In this document: in pieces, positions 39,027-49,805 of the stretch | How positions within the stretch are numbered: the first letter of the stretch is position 1 | How the letters are laid out: each line of letters starts with the position of its first letter | Source: Patescibacteria group bacterium | Lineage (GTDB): Bacteria > Patescibacteriota > Patescibacteriia > UBA2591 > UBA4787 | Length of the DNA: 64,000 nt | Direction: 5' to 3' | Assembly (NCBI GenBank): GCA_028715115.1 | Contig: JAQUSN010000001.1 | Location: 385,746-449,745, forward strand | The notes under the pieces: model-generated | The model's input: only the letters and a program-made list of their open reading frames with translations | Databases searched by the model: none | Told to the model about the DNA's origin: nothing | Made by a program: the position numbers and the translations under genes

Positions 39027-39869
39027 TAAATAAAGCAATATCACAGCACCAGTCTTGGGCTTATTTATCTAATACGTGGAGCAAGTATATTGCCCCGCCG
39101 GCAAAGCCTTGCCCAGGACAATTAAAAATTTTTTCTAAACTTATTACTCGCGGAAAATTTTCTTTCCCAAGAAAGGCCCTTATTCTTGGCGCTACGCCAG
39201 AGTTACGTAATTTAGTCTTAAAGCATGGATTTCAAGTAACGGTTTGTGACATAAGTATCGATATGATAAAGGCAATGACGCAATCAGTTATTAAAAATTT
39301 ACGGTACAAAGAAAAAACTATAGTAGGGGATTGGCTATCAATTAATTTACCTAGTCATAGTTTTGATTTAATTATGGGTGACGGTTCCTTAAACCAATTA
39401 CTAGAATCGACTCGGGTTAAAAAACTACTAATAAAAATTAAAAATTTATTATCTCCTCATGGAATTTTGCTTTTTCGAGAGGTGATAAGATCATCAAAAA
39501 AAACCATTAATAAGTTCAGAAAAAGACTGGATTAAGCTATTGTCTAATAATAAATTATCAAAAATAGATATAGTTAGTTTTTTAAAATATCAAAGCGATG
39601 CTAATCATTATAGTCATTCACCGTCTATAATTGACAGCCTGCCTGTTGCTGATAGAATTAAAAAATTATATCAAGCCGGTAGTTGTTCAAAATCTTTTTA
39701 TACGTGGGCTAATATCGCTTTAGGCAATAAATCAAAACCGGCATTGGTCTTTTTACAAAAAGACCTGGAAGGATTATTAAGAAAATATTTTAAATTAGCT
39801 AGAATTACCCAATGTCATGATTATCACCATTGTAGATATATGCCCTTATATCTCGCTAGGCCAAAATAA
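39023..39869 (+). pseudogene. Class I SAM-dependent methyltransferase, array copy 10, frameshifted at an A8 run (39496-39503)
   Basis: The N-part has ILGATPELRN and FDLIMGD. Removing one A joins it to 39540..39869, which carries the family C-terminal KYF...MPLYLA motif. Confidence 0.8.
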
Positions 39870-39874
39870 ATTTT

Positions 39875-40729
39875 ATGAAAAAACACACTAAAAATATACA
39901 GGCCTGGAAATCTGTCTCCGATGTTTGGGGGTCGCTTAGACCGCCCCTGAGACCGTCGGTAGGGGAGATAAGAATCTATGAAAAATTCTTAAAAAGAATT
40001 TTACCCAAAATTTCATCTCGTCGTGCTTTATTGTTCGGCGCCACGCCGGAATTACGTGATTTATTGGCAAAATATAATTTTCAAGTTACGCTGATTGATA
40101 TTAATCCGGCCATGGTAAATGCAACGACAAAATTGCTTAAACGCAAAAATCACCAAGAAAAAATAATCATTGGTGACTGGCTAAAAACTCCATTAGCACT
40201 ATACAAGTATGATGTAATAATGGGTGATCATATCATGGGCAATGTTAAGTTTAGAAGGTGGGATCAGTTTCTCCGTCGAATTATTGGTTTATTGTCATCT
40301 AATGGTTATTATATCACTAATGTTCAGTTAAAATTTCCGGTGAAGAAAATTATTTCATTCGAAAAATTAATTGATTCATATTTAAAATATCCTAAAAAAT
40401 TCGATAACATAGAATATCAATGGCAAATGTTGTATCAGATGATGTATGGCGATAAAAGATTTTGCGGCTATCCTGATTATTTGATTCTTTGGCCGGCTAT
40501 ACCGCAGATACAAAAGTTTTTAGAAAAGAGTAAAATATTTATGGACAACCACGGGATTGCCAAGTTGGCCAGCAATATCTATGTAAAAGAATTTAAATAT
40601 TCGTCGCCGCCGCGTCAGGTTTTTGAAAAAATATTTAAAAAAAGATTTAAAATTATAGACTCTGATATCAGTAGGAAACATCTTGTTTATCAAAGTTATC
40701 GCATTTATTTGGCAAAGCCATTGAGATAG
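39875..40729 (+). CDS. Class I SAM-dependent methyltransferase, array copy 11
   Basis: PLRPS, LFGATPELRD, GDWL and YDVIMGD motifs. Confidence 0.84.
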   Translation: MKKHTKNIQAWKSVSDVWGSLRPPLRPSVGEIRIYEKFLKRILPKISSRRALLFGATPELRDLLAKYNFQVTLIDINPAMVNATTKLLKRKNHQEKIIIGDWLKTPLALYKYDVIMGDHIMGNVKFRRWDQFLRRIIGLLSSNGYYITNVQLKFPVKKIISFEKLIDSYLKYPKKFDNIEYQWQMLYQMMYGDKRFCGYPDYLILWPAIPQIQKFLEKSKIFMDNHGIAKLASNIYVKEFKYSSPPRQVFEKIFKKRFKIIDSDISRKHLVYQSYRIYLAKPLR

Positions 40730-40756
40730 AGGGGCATCATAGTTATCCACAGATAA

Positions 40757-40783
40757 TTAGCACTCGGACTTGACGAGTGCTAA
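40757..40783. promoter_or_regulatory. CIRCE operator (HrcA site) overlapping a TTGACG-N17-TATACT promoter
   Basis: Perfect TTAGCACTC-N9-GAGTGCTAA just upstream of hrcA. Confidence 0.96.
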
Positions 40784-40806
40784 TTATTTATTTATACTAT
40801 CTATAT

Positions 40807-41508
40807 ATGATTACTGAACGGCAGGAAAATCTTCTCAAAATAATTTTAAAACATTATATCAAGACCGCTCAGCCGGTTGGTTCTGAGGTTTTAGCCAATA
40901 ATACTGATTTTAAAATTAGTCCGGCTACCATTCGCAACGAGATGGCTAATTTAACCAAAAATGGTTATCTGGAGCAGCCTCATACTTCAGCCGGCAGAAT
41001 TCCCACCGAAAAAGCCTATCATCATTATTTAAATAAATTTTTAAAAGCGGCCGAACCGGTAGTTAACGAAAAAAATAATTTTAAAAAAATTAAATCAGAT
41101 CATCAGGCCCCGGATTTATTGATTAAAAAGATGGCCCAGCAATTGGCTAAATCTTCGGGGGAGTTGGTGGTCGTGGCCACCGATAAGGATAATTTTTATT
41201 ATACAGGACTCTCATTTTTATTTAGCCAGCCCGAGTTTAGTCAAACTGAAAATATTTTTAATATTTCCGAAATGATTGATCATTTAGACTCAATTATGTC
41301 AGAGGTTTTTGATACGGTTTCCGACGATCCGCAAATATTATTGGGTCAAAAAAATCCGTTTAGCCGCCACTGCAGCACAATTTTAACCCGGCTAGAGATT
41401 CCTGAGCAAAAAGAAGACGTTATCTTTGGCTTGCTCGGTCCGGTGCGCATGGATTATGACCAGAATTTAGGCCTGATTAATTACGTTAAAAAGATATTAA
41501 ATAACTAA
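40807..41508 (+). CDS. hrcA: Heat-inducible transcription repressor HrcA (short form)
   Basis: PVGS, SPATIRNEM, QPHTSAGRIPT and GPVRMDY motifs. ATG at 40807. Confidence 0.95.
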   Translation: MITERQENLLKIILKHYIKTAQPVGSEVLANNTDFKISPATIRNEMANLTKNGYLEQPHTSAGRIPTEKAYHHYLNKFLKAAEPVVNEKNNFKKIKSDHQAPDLLIKKMAQQLAKSSGELVVVATDKDNFYYTGLSFLFSQPEFSQTENIFNISEMIDHLDSIMSEVFDTVSDDPQILLGQKNPFSRHCSTILTRLEIPEQKEDVIFGLLGPVRMDYDQNLGLINYVKKILNN

Positions 41509-41517
41509 AAATTTATT

Positions 41518-41988
41518 ATGGCCGAAAAAGACAGCAAGAATATAGACGAATTACAAGTTCAAATCGAGGAACTACAGAAAAAAGCCGATGAATATCTTAA
41601 TGGCTGGAAGCACGTCAAAGCTGATTATATTAATCGTGAAAAAGAAATAGAGCGCGAGAAAATTGAATGGGTAAAATTCGCCAACCTAGAAATGATTTTG
41701 CATCTTTTAACCATCCTTGACGCCCTGGATAATTCTATTAAGCATTTACCCAAAGAATTAGCCAATAATGAATGGGCTAAGGGAGTGACGCAGATAAAAC
41801 AGCAGATAGAAGATGTTTTAAAAATACACGGCGTAGAAAGAATAAAAACTTTAGGTGAAAAATTTGATCCGGAATTTCATGAAGCCATTGATAAAAAGGG
41901 CGATGACGGAAAAATAGCCGAGGAAATTCAATCTGGATATTTAATGCACGGTCGGACTATTAGACCGGCCAAAGTAATTATTAAGTAG
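41518..41988 (+). CDS. grpE: Nucleotide exchange factor GrpE
   Basis: FDPEFHEA and GYLMHGRTIRPAKV motifs. Confidence 0.96.
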   Translation: MAEKDSKNIDELQVQIEELQKKADEYLNGWKHVKADYINREKEIEREKIEWVKFANLEMILHLLTILDALDNSIKHLPKELANNEWAKGVTQIKQQIEDVLKIHGVERIKTLGEKFDPEFHEAIDKKGDDGKIAEEIQSGYLMHGRTIRPAKVIIK

Positions 41989-42024
41989 ATAAAAAATAAA
42001 ATTTAATTTATTAAGACAAAAATT

Positions 42025-43890
42025 ATGGCAAAGATTATTGGTATCGATTTAGGAACCTCTAACAGCGCTGCTTCTTATATGGAAGCAGGTAAACCCAAAA
42101 TGATTCCTTCGGCCGAAGGAACGACTATGGTTGGCGGGAAAGCCTTTCCGTCATACGTTGCTTTCACTAAGGAAGGCGAACTTTTGGTTGGCGAACCGGC
42201 CCGACGTCAAGCCGTGGCCAATCCGGAAGGAACGGTTTTTGCCGCCAAGCGTAAAATGGGTAGTGATTTTAAATATAAAATTTACGGCAAAGAATATACG
42301 CCGCAACAAATTTGCGCTTTTATTTTGCAAAAAATAAAAAAAGACTCGGAGCTATATTTGGGCGAGAAAGTAGAAAAGGCCGTTATTACCGTCCCGGCTT
42401 ATTTTAACGATGCGCAGCGGCAAGCCACCAAAGATGCCGGCGCCATTGCCGGACTCGAGGTTGTGCGTTTAGTTAATGAACCGACTGCGGCTAGTTTGGC
42501 TTATGGTCTGGATAAAACCCAAGAAAAAGACCAACAGGTTTTAGTTTTTGATTTTGGCGCCGGTACACTCGATGTCACTATTATGAATTTTGGCCAAGGA
42601 GTTTTCGAGGTTCTGTCTACTTCTGGAGATACGCAATTGGGCGGCACGGATATGGATGAAATAATCATTAATTATATTATTAGCGAATTTAAAAAGGATT
42701 CAGGCGTTGATTTAAGCGCCGATAAAATGGCTATGCAGCGGGTTAAAGAAGCGGCCGAAAAGTCAAAAATAGAGCTTTCTTCGGCCTTAGAAACGGAGAT
42801 TAATTTACCCTTCGTGACGGCTACCAAAGACGGCCCAAAACATTTGCTTATGAAAATTACTCGGGCTAAATTAGAAGAATTGGTTAAACCGGTGGTTGAT
42901 CGCTGTCGCGAATCCATTGATCAGGCTATAAATGATGTGAAATTAAAACCGCAAGATATTGAAAAAGTAATTTTAGTCGGTGGTCCGACCAGAATGCCGA
43001 TGGTTCAAAAGTTTATTGAAAATATTTTCGGTTCAAAAATCGCTCGCGGCGTTGATCCGATGGAATGCGTGGCCATGGGCGCGGCCGTTCAGGGAGCTAT
43101 TTTAGCCGGAGAGACGGAAGTCAAAGACGTTTTATTATTAGACGTAACGCCATTAACCCTGGGTATTGAAACTTTAGGCGGGGTAATGACGCCATTAATT
43201 GAACGCAACACCACTATCCCAACTTCTAAATCACAAGTTTTTTCTACCGCAGCCGATAATCAAACTTCGGTTGAGATCCACGCGTTGCAAGGCGAACGGC
43301 CAATGGCTATTGACAATCGAACTCTAGGACGATTTTTGCTCGACGGTATTCCGCCATCACCGCGCGGCATTCCGCAGGTCGAGGTTTCTTTCGATCTCGA
43401 TGCCAATGGCATTCTGACCGTGACGGCTAAAGATAAGGCCACAAATCGTTCTCAACATATTACCATTAAAGACGGCAGCTCGTTGTCAAAAGAAGAAATC
43501 GAAAGGATGAAAAAAGAAGCAGAGAAATTTGCCGCCGAAGATCGCAACAAACGAGAGCTGATTGATTTACGTAATCAGGCCGATACTTTAATTTATACTT
43601 CGGAAAAAGCACTGAAAGATGCGGGTGGTAAAGTTAAACCGGAAGATAAAAAAACAATCGAAGATAAAATAGCTGAAATAAAAAAAACCAAAGACGGCAA
43701 TGATATAGAAGTGATTAAAAAGGCCATTCAAGAATTGGGAGAAGCGATTCAAAAGATCGGCGCGGCCATGTATAGTAATCAGCCAGGCGGCGGACAAGCT
43801 GGTCAGCAATCACCGCAAGAAGGAAAAGAAAATCCGCCCACTGGCGGAGATCAGGGGCCGATAGAAGGTGAATACGAAGAGAAAAAGTAA
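42025..43890 (+). CDS. dnaK: Chaperone DnaK
   Basis: [23 protein letters not shown] and LLLDVTPL motifs. Confidence 0.99.
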   Translation: MAKIIGIDLGTSNSAASYMEAGKPKMIPSAEGTTMVGGKAFPSYVAFTKEGELLVGEPARRQAVANPEGTVFAAKRKMGSDFKYKIYGKEYTPQQICAFILQKIKKDSELYLGEKVEKAVITVPAYFNDAQRQATKDAGAIAGLEVVRLVNEPTAASLAYGLDKTQEKDQQVLVFDFGAGTLDVTIMNFGQGVFEVLSTSGDTQLGGTDMDEIIINYIISEFKKDSGVDLSADKMAMQRVKEAAEKSKIELSSALETEINLPFVTATKDGPKHLLMKITRAKLEELVKPVVDRCRESIDQAINDVKLKPQDIEKVILVGGPTRMPMVQKFIENIFGSKIARGVDPMECVAMGAAVQGAILAGETEVKDVLLLDVTPLTLGIETLGGVMTPLIERNTTIPTSKSQVFSTAADNQTSVEIHALQGERPMAIDNRTLGRFLLDGIPPSPRGIPQVEVSFDLDANGILTVTAKDKATNRSQHITIKDGSSLSKEEIERMKKEAEKFAAEDRNKRELIDLRNQADTLIYTSEKALKDAGGKVKPEDKKTIEDKIAEIKKTKDGNDIEVIKKAIQELGEAIQKIGAAMYSNQPGGGQAGQQSPQEGKENPPTGGDQGPIEGEYEEKK

Positions 43891-43925
43891 TATAGAGAAA
43901 AAATATTATAATTGATAGAGCAGAG

Positions 43926-43962
43926 AAAACCAGGCTAAGCTTAAAGGTTTGGCCTGGTTTTT
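43926..43962. terminator. Terminator after dnaK
   Basis: AAAACCAGGCTAAGC...GTTTGGCCTGGTTTTT hairpin. Confidence 0.75.
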
Positions 43963-44099
43963 ATGTCGTAATTTGCTGCAATTTCCTGTTGCGAAGCGAA
44001 CAGGTCAGGGTCTTGCTTCTGGGGATTAATACCCTTTATTTTTCTCAAAAATCTGTTAAAATATTGCCTATATAATCTGCGCCCTTTTCTTTTAATAAT

Positions 44100-45395
44100 A
44101 TGGACCTACAGACCCTGGACATAGACTTTTCCCCAGTTTTATCTATTCTGCAACAGCCGCCAGAATTAATCTTATGGAATATTTTCATTTATGGTGGCTG
44201 GGTTATACTTTTGATTTTAATTTTTATAGGAGCCTGGGATTACTGGGTTTTTTATATTAGAAGAAAATATCGGGAATCACTGCAATATATTTTATTAACT
44301 ATTGATGTGCCAAAAAATAACGAACAAGGACCCGAAACGGTTGAGAGGTTGTTTGCCGAATTAGTAGGGGCTCGTTCAGGCGGATCAAAATTGGATATTT
44401 ATTTTAAAGGCTACATTCAATCTTCTTTTTCTTTTGAGCTTGTTAGTTTGGGCGGACACGTCCGTTATTTTATTCGTTTACCAGCTCAATTCCGTGATAT
44501 GGTTGAAGCGGCAATTTATAGCGCCTATCCCGAGGCGCAAATTAGCGAAGTTGACGATTATACCGCGGAAATGCCTGATCATTTTCCTGACGAAGAATAT
44601 GATTGTTGGGCGAGTGATTTAATTTTATACAATAAAGAATTTTACCCCATTAGAACCTATCCGTCCTTCGAGCATTCTTTAAGTAAAGAGTTGAAAGATC
44701 CTCTCGGGGTTTTGTTGGAGCTGATGAGTAAATTACAATCAGGAGAACAGCTATGGATGCAATTGATTTTGACGCCAATTAGCAATGACTGGAAAAAACA
44801 GGCGGATAATTTTGTTAAAAAAATGTTGGGCATAAAAGTTCCGGTTAGCAAAAGCAGTGCTGAAAAAATATTAGAGATCCCGATAAAATTATTAAGTGCG
44901 ATTGGTGGCATTTTTTTTACTGCGCCCGAAGCTACCAAAAAAGAAGAGAAAAAAGAAATTAACCTTTCTCCGGGCGAGCGCAAATCTTTAGATGGAGTTC
45001 AAAACAAAGCATCAAAAACCGGTTTTAAGGTAAAATTTAGAACAGTCTATGTTGCCAAGAAAGAAGTTTTCTCCAAGAATCGGGGCGTGGTCGGGTTTTT
45101 GGGAGCCATTAACCAGTTTAATACTTTGGACATGAATGGTTTTAAGCCGGACGACAAGGCTAAAACCAGTAAACCAATGTTTTTTGGCGCTAGTGCTTTA
45201 GCTAAGAAGCAAACCAGCTTGATGCGCGCTTATAAACAAAGAGACCGTTTTTTTGGCGCTAAAAATTTCATTTTAAACGTAGAAGAATTGGCGACGCTTT
45301 ATCATTTCCCGGTTACTATTTCCTCTAAAGTACCGTTAATTAAAAAGACCGGCAGTAAGCGAGCTGAACCGCCGCTAGAATTGCCAACCGGTTAA
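44100..45395 (+). CDS. Hypothetical membrane-anchored protein
   Basis: N-terminal TM, FSFEL, YPIRTY and LNVEELATLYHFP. From memory it resembles N-terminal regions of CPR TraD/VirD4-like proteins; not verified. Confidence 0.6.
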   Translation: MDLQTLDIDFSPVLSILQQPPELILWNIFIYGGWVILLILIFIGAWDYWVFYIRRKYRESLQYILLTIDVPKNNEQGPETVERLFAELVGARSGGSKLDIYFKGYIQSSFSFELVSLGGHVRYFIRLPAQFRDMVEAAIYSAYPEAQISEVDDYTAEMPDHFPDEEYDCWASDLILYNKEFYPIRTYPSFEHSLSKELKDPLGVLLELMSKLQSGEQLWMQLILTPISNDWKKQADNFVKKMLGIKVPVSKSSAEKILEIPIKLLSAIGGIFFTAPEATKKEEKKEINLSPGERKSLDGVQNKASKTGFKVKFRTVYVAKKEVFSKNRGVVGFLGAINQFNTLDMNGFKPDDKAKTSKPMFFGASALAKKQTSLMRAYKQRDRFFGAKNFILNVEELATLYHFPVTISSKVPLIKKTGSKRAEPPLELPTG

Positions 45396-45398
45396 CAT

Positions 45399-46676
45399 AT
45401 GTATCATAAAGAAAAATTAGTTAATGGCCTAAATTTAATCACCGTGCCGATTAAAAATACTCGTGCGGTGAGTATTTTAGTATTGGTGCCGGTTGGCTCC
45501 CGTTACGAAACAAAAAAAATAAATGGCTCGACCCATTTTATCGAACATATGATGTTTAAGGGAACTAAAAAAAGGCCAAACAATTTTTTACTTAGCCGGG
45601 AGTTAGATGCATTGGGCGCTGAATATAATGCTTTTACTAGTAAAGACATGACGGCGTATTGGATTAAATTAGACAAAGATTATTTAGATAAGGGCGTGGA
45701 AATAATTTCTGATATGTTATTTCATTCTTTATTTAACGAAAAAGAGTTCGAGAGGGAAAGAGGAGTGATTATAGAAGAAATAAAAATGTATGAAGATAAT
45801 CCGATGATGTATATTGATACGCTTTTTGAAGAAACAGTTTTCGGTAATTCTCCTTTGGGCTGGCCTATTAGTGGTCGTATAGACGATATTAAAAATTTAG
45901 CCCTTCAGCAACTTTTATCTTTCAAATCAAAATTTTATTTTTTAGAAAATATGTTAATGGTCGTTTCTGGAGATTTCAGAAAAGACAGTCTAGTTAAATT
46001 ACTCAAAGGCCACTTCTTGCCGCCGGCGAAAAAATCGCTCAAGAAAGGTTTTAAAAAGCATTCTTTTTTATCTCAACATGCTCCGAAGCTTGAAATATTA
46101 AATAAAAAAAGCCAACAGGTACAGTTGGCGATAGGTTTTCCGGCTTATTCATGCCATCACAAAAATATTAATGCCCTAACCTTGCTTTCGATTATTTTGG
46201 GCGGAAATATGAGTTCAAGATTATTCAGTGAGATTAGGGTCAAGAGGGGATTGGCTTATGCTATTAGAGCTGACTTAAGCGTTTATCAGGACACTGGCCT
46301 TTTTTCTGTGCAAGCAGGAGTAGACAAAAATAAGCTTGATGAGGCGATTAAGGTCATTTTAGAAGAATTGGTTAAGGTTAAAAGGGCGGGCGTGAGTCGA
46401 GAAGAATTATCGCGGGTTAAAACATTTTTCGCCGGAAAATTAAGTTTAGACTTAGAGGACTCTGCTTCAATGGCGAGTTGGTATGGCCGACAAGAATTAC
46501 TAATCGGAAAAACATTAACACCGGAACAAAAAATAAAAATGATCAATAAAATTAATGGTAATGTGATAAATCAGGTCGCGAAAGACGTTTTTAGGGCCGA
46601 TAAATTATGCGCGGCGGTAATTGGCGAATCCGTAGACCGCCCGAAGCTCTTGTCTATTTTAAGGGCGGGTTTATAA
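45399..46676 (+). CDS. M16 family zinc peptidase
   Basis: HFIEH inverted Zn motif, NAFTS and SSRLFSEIRVKRGLAY. Confidence 0.94.
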   Translation: MYHKEKLVNGLNLITVPIKNTRAVSILVLVPVGSRYETKKINGSTHFIEHMMFKGTKKRPNNFLLSRELDALGAEYNAFTSKDMTAYWIKLDKDYLDKGVEIISDMLFHSLFNEKEFERERGVIIEEIKMYEDNPMMYIDTLFEETVFGNSPLGWPISGRIDDIKNLALQQLLSFKSKFYFLENMLMVVSGDFRKDSLVKLLKGHFLPPAKKSLKKGFKKHSFLSQHAPKLEILNKKSQQVQLAIGFPAYSCHHKNINALTLLSIILGGNMSSRLFSEIRVKRGLAYAIRADLSVYQDTGLFSVQAGVDKNKLDEAIKVILEELVKVKRAGVSREELSRVKTFFAGKLSLDLEDSASMASWYGRQELLIGKTLTPEQKIKMINKINGNVINQVAKDVFRADKLCAAVIGESVDRPKLLSILRAGL

Positions 46677-46753
46677 TGTTTATAAGGATTAATTTTGTTA
46701 TTAATACTTGCTTGGTAAAAAGTTTAGTTTAATACCCTTTATTTTTAATTTTT

Positions 46754-47812
46754 ATGACTGAACCTACGTCAAATATCGATGATTTAAATAAACCACAAAT
46801 CAAGAATGTTTTAGTAAAAATTGACTTTTGGTCTGCATTAAAATTGTTGATTTTCTTGGCAATTTTATTTTTATTTTATGTTTTAAGGGATATTTTGATT
46901 TTATTTTTAGCGGCCATGGTTTTGTCTTTTATTCTTTCGCCTATAGTTGATTTTTTGGAAAAAAGAAAATGGCCGAGGATTTTGGCGACCATTTCGATTT
47001 ATTTATTTGTTGTGCTTTTTATAATTAGTATTGTTTTGCCGTTAATTCCCGTGTTGACACAAGAAATCAATCTTTTGATTCAAAAATTACCCAATTACTA
47101 TGATAGTGTTAATAATTACTTTAAAATCTCCAATAAGAGCTTGACGCAGATTACCGGGGATTTGATCAATTCCTGGTTTAGTAGTCTTAATACGACCACC
47201 ACGGGTGTTTTTAATATTTTAGGTACGGTGGTGGGCTGGTTGTTTGTGATGATAATGATTTTCGTTATGGCTTTTTACATGACCTTGCACAAGATTTTTT
47301 TAAAAGAATTATTTAAGAAGCTTATTCCGGCTAAATATGCCACCAATGCCGGCAGGATGATAGAATTAATTCAAAAAGATTTAAGCAACTGGGCCAGAGG
47401 TGTGCTTATATCGGCCCTGTTTGTTGGCGTGATTAGCTTTATTGGTTTGTCGGTTATCGGTATTAAATTCGCTTTGTTTCTTGGTTTCTTCGCCGCAGTT
47501 TGTGAGTTGATTCCATGGATAGGCTCTTGGATATCGGCTATTTTAGCAATTTTAGTTGGATTTACTCAAGCGCCAATGTATGCTTTGTTCGTGGCTATAT
47601 TTTATATAGTGATTCAACAAGTGCAAGGAAATTTAATTACGCCAAAAATAATGCAGCGAGCCATAGGCATTGATCCATTATTTGTCATTATGGCAATTTT
47701 AATCGGTGGTAAATTAGCCGGTCCCCTGGGTATAGTTTTGGCTGTGCCGACCTTTACGATTATTATGATTATTTTTAAAGAATATTGGCATTTTAAAAAA
47801 TCAGTTAATTAA
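46754..47812 (+). CDS. AI-2E family transporter
   Basis: ELIPWIG, QQVQGNLITPKIM and GIVLAVP motifs, multi-TM. Confidence 0.88.
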   Translation: MTEPTSNIDDLNKPQIKNVLVKIDFWSALKLLIFLAILFLFYVLRDILILFLAAMVLSFILSPIVDFLEKRKWPRILATISIYLFVVLFIISIVLPLIPVLTQEINLLIQKLPNYYDSVNNYFKISNKSLTQITGDLINSWFSSLNTTTTGVFNILGTVVGWLFVMIMIFVMAFYMTLHKIFLKELFKKLIPAKYATNAGRMIELIQKDLSNWARGVLISALFVGVISFIGLSVIGIKFALFLGFFAAVCELIPWIGSWISAILAILVGFTQAPMYALFVAIFYIVIQQVQGNLITPKIMQRAIGIDPLFVIMAILIGGKLAGPLGIVLAVPTFTIIMIIFKEYWHFKKSVN

Positions 47813-47821
47813 AACAAAGAT

Positions 47822-48865
47822 ATGGGTTACATTTTTGGCAAGAAAAACATATTAATTACTGGCGGAGCCGGTTTTTTAGGCTCTCATCTTTGCGAAGAAT
47901 TAGTAAAAGACAATAATGTGATTTGTCTTGATAATTTGATGGGTGGTGGGGGAGACATAAAAAATATAGAGTATTTACTGCAAAAGCAGAATTTTAAATT
48001 TATAAAACAGGATATTAATCAAGCGTTTGATTTAGAAAATTTTCCCGAAGCCCAAGATTTTAAAATATCAATTCAAGGAATTCAAGAAATTTATCATTTG
48101 GCCTGCCCGACTACGGCAAAAAATTTCATGCAAACGAGAATGGAAACCCTTTGGGCTAATTCGGTCGGCATGATTAATATTTTAGAAATTGCTAAAAAAT
48201 ATAAAGCCAAAATTCTTACAGGATCTTCTTCAGTAATTTATGGTCCTAGAAAAAACGACAGTCTTTATTTTAAAGAATCTGACCCTGGTTCGGTTAATTC
48301 GGTCGACCCGAGAGCTTGTTACGATGAAGGCAAGCGTTTTGCCGAAACGTGCTCCGTTACTTATCGCGAAGTAGACGGGGTTGATACCAAGATTGCTCGA
48401 ATTTTCAGAACCTATGGCCCCCGATTGGCCTTATTTGACGGTCAAATGATTTCTGATTTTATTTTACAGGCTCTTAACAACAAACCCTTAATAGTTTATG
48501 GCGATCAAAATTTTTCCACTTCGCTTTGCTATATTGACGACATTGTCCAGGGGCTGATCATGATGATGAACTCAAAAGAAGCCGGTCCGATTAATTTTGG
48601 CCAGAGAGAGGAATATAAATTAGCTGATGTAGCCAAAAAAATCATTGAACTAACAGGCTCGCAATCAAAAATAATTTTTAAAGACCCTTTGCCTTTTATG
48701 CGGCCATTGGGATTGCCAGACATTAGTTTGGCCAAAGAAAAATTAAACTGGTTCCCGGTGGTGGGCCTTGATGATGGTTTGGCTAAAACTATTGAATACG
48801 TTAAAGCTAATCGGATGCTTTTACAACCATTGGTTGAGCGTTATGATCAAGATTTAAATAATTAA
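47822..48865 (+). CDS. UDP-glucuronate decarboxylase-like NAD-dependent epimerase/dehydratase
   Basis: TGGAGFLGSHL, YHLACP, PRACYDEGKR and RIFRTYGP motifs. Confidence 0.88.
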   Translation: MGYIFGKKNILITGGAGFLGSHLCEELVKDNNVICLDNLMGGGGDIKNIEYLLQKQNFKFIKQDINQAFDLENFPEAQDFKISIQGIQEIYHLACPTTAKNFMQTRMETLWANSVGMINILEIAKKYKAKILTGSSSVIYGPRKNDSLYFKESDPGSVNSVDPRACYDEGKRFAETCSVTYREVDGVDTKIARIFRTYGPRLALFDGQMISDFILQALNNKPLIVYGDQNFSTSLCYIDDIVQGLIMMMNSKEAGPINFGQREEYKLADVAKKIIELTGSQSKIIFKDPLPFMRPLGLPDISLAKEKLNWFPVVGLDDGLAKTIEYVKANRMLLQPLVERYDQDLNN

Positions 48866-48874
48866 TTTTTTAAA

Positions 48875-49210
48875 ATGCTTTTTGTTCAATTCCTCATTGA
48901 TTTAGTCATTATATTTTTTGTTGTCAATTTATTCTTAAAATTAAGGCAAAATAAAATAAATTTTGGCTCTTTTATTTTTTGGCTAATTTTATGGGTTGCG
49001 GCCGCTATTCTTGTTAATTGGCCGGAGTCTTCTAGTTTTGTGGCCAGAATTTTGGGCGTTGGTCGCGGAGTAGATGTGGTTATTTATTTTTCGATTATTT
49101 TGCTTTTCTATTTTATTTTTTATTTAACCATTAAATTACGTCGGACCGAAAAAGAAATCACTGATTTGGTGCGAAAAATTTCTTTTTTAGAAGACAAGGC
49201 GACAAAATAA
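48875..49210 (+). CDS. DUF2304-like membrane protein
   Basis: LGVGRGVD and ITDLVRKI patterns. Confidence 0.75.
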   Translation: MLFVQFLIDLVIIFFVVNLFLKLRQNKINFGSFIFWLILWVAAAILVNWPESSSFVARILGVGRGVDVVIYFSIILLFYFIFYLTIKLRRTEKEITDLVRKISFLEDKATK

Positions 49211-49215
49211 AAATT

Positions 49216-49785
49216 ATGCAAAAATTTCGTTTTCCGGGCTGGGTGTCTTTTTTGTGGGATGTGGTCAAGCTAGTAATCATCGCCTTTATTATTGTTTGGC
49301 CGATTCATAAATTCGTTTTTCAGCCCTTTTTAGTTCAAGGACCGTCGATGGAGCCTAATTTTTACGATCGAGAATATTTAATCGTGGAAGAGGTAAGTCA
49401 TCATTTTGTTGATCCTCAGCGCGGCGAAGTAGTGGTTTTGAGGTCGCCATACAATAGCAGGGAATATTTAATTAAAAGAATCATTGCTTTGCCTGGCGAA
49501 CGGATAGTAATCAAAGAAGGAAATATTTGGATTTATAATGGAAAAAATCCGCAAGGAGTTAAAGTGGAAGAAAATTATCTGCCGGCAGGGCTAAATACGG
49601 GCGGCGAGGTTGACCAGATGTTGGCCGTGGATCAGTATTATGTTTTGGGCGATAATAGATCGGTTAGTTTAGACTCTAGATCGTTTGGGCCGGTTCAGAG
49701 AGGAATGGTTATCGGTCGGGTTTGGTTAAGGGGTTGGCCGTTAAATCGTTTAGCTAACTTCCGTTTACCCACTTATCAATTTTAA
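49216..49785 (+). CDS. lepB: Signal peptidase I
   Basis: GPSMEPN, IKRIIALPGE and GDNRSVSLDSRSFG motifs. Confidence 0.95.
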   Translation: MQKFRFPGWVSFLWDVVKLVIIAFIIVWPIHKFVFQPFLVQGPSMEPNFYDREYLIVEEVSHHFVDPQRGEVVVLRSPYNSREYLIKRIIALPGERIVIKEGNIWIYNGKNPQGVKVEENYLPAGLNTGGEVDQMLAVDQYYVLGDNRSVSLDSRSFGPVQRGMVIGRVWLRGWPLNRLANFRLPTYQF

Positions 49786-49805
49786 TATAATTAAACTCAA
49801 TCGTT

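Noticed and set aside
40743-40751. Perfect DnaA box TTATCCACA beside CIRCE
   Set aside because: A single box with no cluster or dnaA nearby is insufficient for an origin call.
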